This document shows, in pieces, positions 58,753 through 64,000 of a DNA stretch of 64,000 nucleotides (the stretch's first letter is position 1; each line of letters starts with the position of its first letter). The translations under genes and the position numbers were made by a program. Below the pieces are notes generated by a model. It was not told the origin of the DNA and did not search any database. It saw only the letters and a list, made by a program, of their open reading frames with translations. The stretch is from the sequence record PP408249.1. One strand, 5' to 3'.

Positions 58753-59457
58753 ATGTCCGTACATATCACTCGTCAACGTACCGACAAACAGCACGTCCTG
58801 GCACTGGCAATCAACGGCGTGGTCATCGGCCAGACCATGGCTACTTACACCACCCCGAGCAAGCGCACCTGGTCGGCGACCGCCGAAGTCGAACTGGCAG
58901 ATGGCACCGTCGTACAGTTCGAGCAGAAGGAAGTGTTCAGCGCGATCCGCATCACCCGCGAAATCGAGCAGGCGCTCGACGGCAAGGAACTGGCGGCCAA
59001 GTACACCCCGGAACCGAAAGTCCCCGGGCAGAAGGGTCCGAAACCGCTCACCGACGAAAGCCGGCTCAGCAACGCGATCGCGATCGTCAAGGCGGCCATC
59101 ACCCACACCGGCTTCGACGAAGCTACCCTGGTGTTCGACGGGGTCGACAAGGCCAACTTCGAGCAGAACAGCACTTCCGTCGGCAACAAGCTGCGTCGCC
59201 TGGGCTTCGTCTTCGAACTCGGCGCCGGCAAGGCGAACAGCGGCAAGGGCTTCCTGATCAACCGCAAAGCGCAGGCCGAGGCAGAAGCTGCCGAACGCAA
59301 GGCCAAGCGCGATGCCGAGAAGAAGGAACGCGAAGAAAAAGCGGCGGCTGCCAAGCGCGAAGCCGACGAACGTAAGGCCAAGCGCGAAGCCGAGCGCGCC
59401 GAAAAGGTCGCTGAAAAGAACGCAGCGATCACCGGGGCAGCACAGGAAAGCAAGTAA
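58753..59457 (+). CDS. GC-rich hypothetical protein with C-terminal A/E/K/R-rich coiled coil; probable highly expressed early protein
   Basis: GAGG RBS, tandem promoters, terminator; roughly 60% GC by eye with near-exclusive C/G third positions. Confidence 0.9.
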   Translation: MSVHITRQRTDKQHVLALAINGVVIGQTMATYTTPSKRTWSATAEVELADGTVVQFEQKEVFSAIRITREIEQALDGKELAAKYTPEPKVPGQKGPKPLTDESRLSNAIAIVKAAITHTGFDEATLVFDGVDKANFEQNSTSVGNKLRRLGFVFELGAGKANSGKGFLINRKAQAEAEAAERKAKRDAEKKEREEKAAAAKREADERKAKREAERAEKVAEKNAAITGAAQESK

Positions 59458-59472
59458 TTGCCCAACTGCGCC

Positions 59473-59500
59473 GAAAGGGGGAGCTATTGCTCCCCCTTTC
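59473..59500 (+). terminator. Intrinsic terminator
   Basis: gaaagggggagc-tatt-gctccccctttc. Confidence 0.85.
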
Positions 59501-60413
59501 TTCATGACCACACAATCTGTATACTACTATGTCTTTAACTATATTTTCTATATCAGCTAATTTGTATACAATAATTTGGTATTCTGCGCAAGTGACACAA
59601 TGCTGTTATATAGACATAATAACACGCGACACTAATATTTTTATAACCTATCCATTTTATAATAACATATTTGTATCTAAAATTAGTTCTAATACAACAC
59701 TTTAAGGAAAATATGAACACTATATTAGAGATAAGTAGTGGAATAAGAAATAATTATATAACAATCTATCATTTTAAATATGACTACTATCTAGAAGTAA
59801 ACACACCTTTGTTTTCTTTAATGATATCTATTCCGATAGTTCCTATATCAGACAATACTTGTATTACTTTAATAAAAAAGTATTAATATGAATATACTCT
59901 TTATATCAAACAGTTTATCTAATATACTATATCATAAAGCTTATGATATACATATGATAGATATTAAGATTAATAATTCTACTTCTATTTGGCTTACATA
60001 TTCTTTCAATATTACTAAGGTATCATTTAAATATATTATCTGATTCGTTTTCTTATTGTATGAGTTGCAATTGCAAATTACTCTTATTTGTAATTGCATA
60101 TAAACAATCAGTTGCTATTAAAAGTATTTGCTGTTAATATATTATATAACAGTGCAATTGATATTTTAAAATACAGTGTGCAATACATCTTACATGTATT
60201 AAAATTTGTGTGTTACTTATTTTGCATTAATGATTAATATACCTCTCTTACAGTACAAAACTAATACTATAAACAATTTGTTCGGGCGATCGTTCTCGAA
60301 AAGTATACAAGTGAGAGATGACAATCTAATTATACTTGTTAGTTTCTATATAGAAGGTTCTAAATATAGAAAATTTGTATATAACAAAGAATACCTCGAA
60401 GGGATTTCAGCAT

Positions 60414-60680
60414 ATGCAAACAACAATCGTTAATGCCCTAAAATCTATTAATGTAAAGTATTCGGATATATTTTACACAAATGGTAATTTGTGTAATACC
60501 GTTACAATACGAAATATTCGAAAAAACGGTAAATTAGATTCGGCAGAACAAATTAATGTCGAATCAGTTGTGAGCAATTATTTGATTCAAAAAGATTTAA
60601 ATTTGCCCTTTTCTATTCAATGGGCAAATAATGATTGTTGCGAAGAGTATACTACACTTATTCTCTTCTTCAGAAAATAG
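60414..60680 (+). CDS. Hypothetical protein
   Basis: ATG 60414 with AAGGG RBS (track starts 60375). Confidence 0.65.
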   Translation: MQTTIVNALKSINVKYSDIFYTNGNLCNTVTIRNIRKNGKLDSAEQINVESVVSNYLIQKDLNLPFSIQWANNDCCEEYTTLILFFRK

Positions 60681-60938
60681 TGTATGATTAGATTAAAAAG
60701 ATATGTTCAATTGCATAGCATATACAGATTGTCTTACTATGCGCACGGCATACATTTTAGCAAAACAAAGAATATAATGCTTTACGTAGGAAACGCAGGT
60801 CCCGTACCCGTAACATGACAGTATATAGCGTTAAAATGTGCATTTTTTGCACGATTTTGCGGGGTATGCGTTACAAGCAATACACACATACTGCTTTTAA
60901 AATGCATGCTTACATGCGCTTTGTAGGGGGTTTAAAAC

Positions 60939-61151
60939 ATGCTTAAATTAGTTACCACTGTGCTATACAACGTCTGTGTAGCTTCGTTAATAATGATTGT
61001 GTTTGTATGTGGTATAAATTTAGTAATGTATATAGATAACAATACTGCCAATAATCCAGTTGTTATCTTTATTTCCCTTCTATCGGTTATTTGGGGTGTT
61101 GCGAGGTTAAGCTATATGTTTGTTACTATCCAATTTCAGTCCAAGAAATAA
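60939..61151 (+). CDS. Small membrane protein
   Basis: AGGGGG RBS, two hydrophobic helices. Confidence 0.65.
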   Translation: MLKLVTTVLYNVCVASLIMIVFVCGINLVMYIDNNTANNPVVIFISLLSVIWGVARLSYMFVTIQFQSKK

Positions 61152-61166
61152 AAATATTAGTGACTT

Positions 61167-61508
61167 ATGATAGATAAAAACGGAAATACAGAAGACTTTG
61201 ATTTTGATAAGGCATGCACTATAACTGATCTGTCTGTTCCTCTTCAGCAAAAAATACAATCATATAAATTAAATAAAATATTGGTTATGGTTGCAATCCT
61301 TAAATATTCGAATATAAAACAAGAAATTGGGTGTTTCGCTATCATATGGGATCATATAATAAGAATAACGGTTGAAGTAAAATGCAATCCGTATGCAGAA
61401 ACACACATACTCATGCATGCGCATGTATTTTCTAATTCCGATTCATGCACTCATAGCGTATTGCTGAATTACAGAAACAAATATTTACCCACTAATTATT
61501 ATAATTAA
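61167..61508 (+). CDS. Hypothetical protein
   Basis: 113 aa ORF. Confidence 0.6.
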   Translation: MIDKNGNTEDFDFDKACTITDLSVPLQQKIQSYKLNKILVMVAILKYSNIKQEIGCFAIIWDHIIRITVEVKCNPYAETHILMHAHVFSNSDSCTHSVLLNYRNKYLPTNYYN

Positions 61509-61509
61509 T

Positions 61510-61914
61510 ATGGAAGATATTCTTAAAATTGCTAAACTAATCGGGTACGTAAACATACATGCAAATAAACATTTTCAGTATGGTTTTAACAAAGATATGG
61601 AACATGTATGTGTTAGTGCTAAGAGTAGGACAAGTATAAAGGGAATAAAATACCTTTATGTAGTAATGAATATATATTATATATATTGCAAGCAAGAAGG
61701 TGTTGCCGTTATATTAAACGAAGTAAACACTGATGAAATGCCTGTATTAGATAATCTTTATGCTAAACTTAATGATTTAGTTACACATAAATCTGTTATA
61801 AAATTTAAATATACAGAAATAACACAAGAACAAATAGATTTGTTGAATAATAGTGAAAGATATATAGTATATTTTGACTCTAATTTAGAATACGGAATAG
61901 CTTCGTTTTATTAA
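61510..61914 (+). CDS. Hypothetical protein
   Basis: 134 aa ORF. Confidence 0.7.
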   Translation: MEDILKIAKLIGYVNIHANKHFQYGFNKDMEHVCVSAKSRTSIKGIKYLYVVMNIYYIYCKQEGVAVILNEVNTDEMPVLDNLYAKLNDLVTHKSVIKFKYTEITQEQIDLLNNSERYIVYFDSNLEYGIASFY

Positions 61915-61926
61915 TTTGAGGAATAT

Positions 61927-62124
61927 ATGAAAAAACAAACAGGATTTACAGATTGGCCATTGATTAGTTTGGGTACAATTATTATCTTGTGTGTATGGGT
62001 ATTAATTCTACAATACACAGAAATAAATGTACTAGAAGAAAAATGTAACAAAGTAGGTGGTATTTTTAATAACACCGTTTGCATACGGTCAGATGCAGTT
62101 ATTAACTTAGATAAGGTAAAATAA
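61927..62124 (+). CDS. Small membrane-anchored protein
   Basis: GAGGA RBS; TM helix then CNKVGGIF..C. Confidence 0.7.
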   Translation: MKKQTGFTDWPLISLGTIIILCVWVLILQYTEINVLEEKCNKVGGIFNNTVCIRSDAVINLDKVK

Positions 62125-62125
62125 A

Positions 62126-62383
62126 ATGCCAAAACTTTACGTTAACAAAAAACATGATACCATTTATCTTCAATTAGATCATTTCTCATCTGATACCGTA
62201 TCTCCAATTAATTACAACGAAGATGTAGAATATGTAATTGATAGGATCCGTAGTCTGCACAAATCCGGATTCGGATTTAGTCATATGAATACTCTACAAG
62301 AATATCTTACGGCAAGAACAGAGCAGGATAAGAAGTTTAAGCTTAAAGTAGAAGACTTTGAAGTAGTATCGTTTAAGATTTAA
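62126..62383 (+). CDS. Hypothetical protein
   Basis: AAGG RBS, 85 aa. Confidence 0.7.
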   Translation: MPKLYVNKKHDTIYLQLDHFSSDTVSPINYNEDVEYVIDRIRSLHKSGFGFSHMNTLQEYLTARTEQDKKFKLKVEDFEVVSFKI

Positions 62384-62404
62384 AATTATACACAATCAAA
62401 GTAT

Positions 62405-62433
62405 TTGACATTTGATGTGTATACTAGTATAAT
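62405..62433 (+). promoter_or_regulatory. Consensus sigma70 promoter of ncRNA copy B
   Basis: TTGACA-17-TATAAT followed by ~860 nt with no ORF. Confidence 0.85.
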
Positions 62434-62439
62434 TTGCTC

Positions 62440-63170
62440 ATGCTGTCGTAACAGCTACTTTGTTCCATTCACAAGCAGCTCTGTTCCATTATTGGATATT
62501 GGTAGTAGAAACTATCCCCATCGTGCCCACAGTATTGTTCTGTTAGAGACAGATTAAAGCATACAAAAGTGGGTTATTTAAATTATGATTTTGGGTGCTG
62601 AAGTATAGTCGTTAGACAAGGATATGTCTAATGTTGCAAAGGACTATGCGAAACGTATTATATATCTTATCCGATATTAGATATGTAATAAAAGGATGAA
62701 GCTCTGGTAGAAACAGAGTGTAATTCTTGCTTGTATATCACACGGATATACAAAAGAATATACACACCAACTTCAGCATTGATGTAAATTTTCTAGCATA
62801 GGTATATAACATCGATGTTCCGGGATTCATTGGAAACAATGAGAGAATGATGTAATCTGAGGAAAAAGGTCCCCGCCTCGTCCATATTACGAAATGGTTT
62901 TGAGTACTTATGCCCTCGTCCTATATTGGCATATGGGTTTTATATTTCTCCCGTAATTACGGGAGAATATAATTTCCTGAACCTACTTGGAAATGGACGC
63001 TTCTGCTGTGCAAAGCACAGCATCTAAGGGCCTTCACCCTTACCGCTAAGAGCAAGAGCAAAAGCAATATAATTACAAATAAGAATTAATTATTGTTTAG
63101 TTTTATCGTAATGAATATGAAGATAAAAACTAAACAATAATTCACATGTAGCGTTAGCTACTGTGAATAT
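62440..63170 (+). ncRNA. Large structured non-coding RNA candidate, copy B (homologue of 8987-9730)
   Basis: Shared blocks at 62471-62526, 62573-62598, 62691-62719; position-equivalent stems; ends approximate. Confidence 0.75.
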
Positions 63171-63299
63171 CTACTATAGTATTAACCATATATGTATACA
63201 AGGGCATAATATGGCTGTTACTTGTTGACAATATGATATGTGTGTTACACTTCGTATATTAAATATACATTACAATGTTTTGATTATTAGGAACATACT

Positions 63300-63890
63300 A
63301 TGTCATTTTCTTTGACTGCTGCTATTAATCGATACACTAGTCTAATAGAAGAAAATTTCAAAATAAATTATCTGAAGAATTTTGAGTCAGGATATATCTC
63401 ATATAAATTACTAAGAAATAAAGCACTCCTGCATACCGAAATATCACATGGACTTGATTACATAAAGGTAATTATTTCTTATACATATGTAGAAAATAAT
63501 GTCGAATTAGATATCAAATCATCTATTGTACATTCGTATATTTCTACTACTGATTGCTCTAAATTTAAAGTAGGAGATATAAAAACGTTTTACGATTCAG
63601 TTCCTCGCGGAAATGTTTTTAATATCAAAGAGAATACTCAAGTTAGCTGGTCAACAGCTAATATTGGAATTTACGAGAATCCGTTTAATCTTAATTATAT
63701 CTCGAACAATAAGTATATTCGATTAGAAACAGGAGACATATTTGTCTATATTAATGATAGTATGGTAAATGAACTACAAGAACATATGCATGTTCATTCT
63801 ATATGTACTAACGAAACAAAGAAGTTTTATGTAAGAGAAATTGATTTAAACATGCTACATTACAAAAACACATTATGGAATAAAGAATGA
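63300..63890 (+). CDS. Hypothetical protein
   Basis: 196 aa ORF with AGGA RBS. Confidence 0.75.
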   Translation: MSFSLTAAINRYTSLIEENFKINYLKNFESGYISYKLLRNKALLHTEISHGLDYIKVIISYTYVENNVELDIKSSIVHSYISTTDCSKFKVGDIKTFYDSVPRGNVFNIKENTQVSWSTANIGIYENPFNLNYISNNKYIRLETGDIFVYINDSMVNELQEHMHVHSICTNETKKFYVREIDLNMLHYKNTLWNKE

Positions 63891-64000
63891 ACTACAAAGC
63901 ATTAGAAGTATTTTATTTCTTTCTAGAACATTACAAGGTAAATCCAGTAGCCGATTTGGAATTTAAATTCGAACCCTCAGGTAGTGATGACCAATCTAAG

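Noticed and set aside
58641-59560. Long alternative ORFs 58641..59375 (+), 58732..59511 (-), 58845..59465 (-), 58901..59257 (+), 59312..59560 (+)
   Set aside because: Shadow frames of the GC-rich gene 58753..59457, which alone has RBS, promoters, terminator and third-position codon bias.

Overview
A 64 kb segment of a very AT-rich (roughly 27-30% GC by eye) large lytic dsDNA phage, most consistent with a jumbo myovirus: sigma70-type early promoters, TAAATA late-promoter motifs, no integrase, no core replication or capsid genes in this window. Recognisable genes: Vsr/Hef-like endonuclease, DUF2201-type vWA/metallopeptidase, HNH endonuclease, two AAA+ ATPases, a Gfo/Idh/MocA-like plus MDR oxidoreductase pair, SleB-type cell wall hydrolase, several HExxH peptidases, SGNH hydrolase, TraR/DksA zinc finger, minimal TilS, M23-like peptidase and 12 tRNA genes. 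The most unusual content is non-coding or unannotatable: (1) two homologous ~700 nt structured non-coding elements 53 kb apart (about 8.99-9.73 kb and 62.44-63.17 kb), each behind a consensus sigma70 promoter and sharing identical blocks separated by position-equivalent stems of different sequence; (2) dispersed intergenic islands of 120-190 nt that lack GA, TC, GG and CC dinucleotides and share short motifs, suggestive of DNA-modification-free protein-binding windows; (3) an array of more than 30 highly diverged ~90-110 aa paralogues with a twice-repeated motif that decays into gene remnants; (4) twin CAU tRNAs differing only in the acceptor stem plus a phage TilS; (5) a few GC-rich, host-codon-like genes behind strong promoters; (6) two further candidate structured RNAs and minisatellite/terminus-like repeats. 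All calls are by eye, without database searches.
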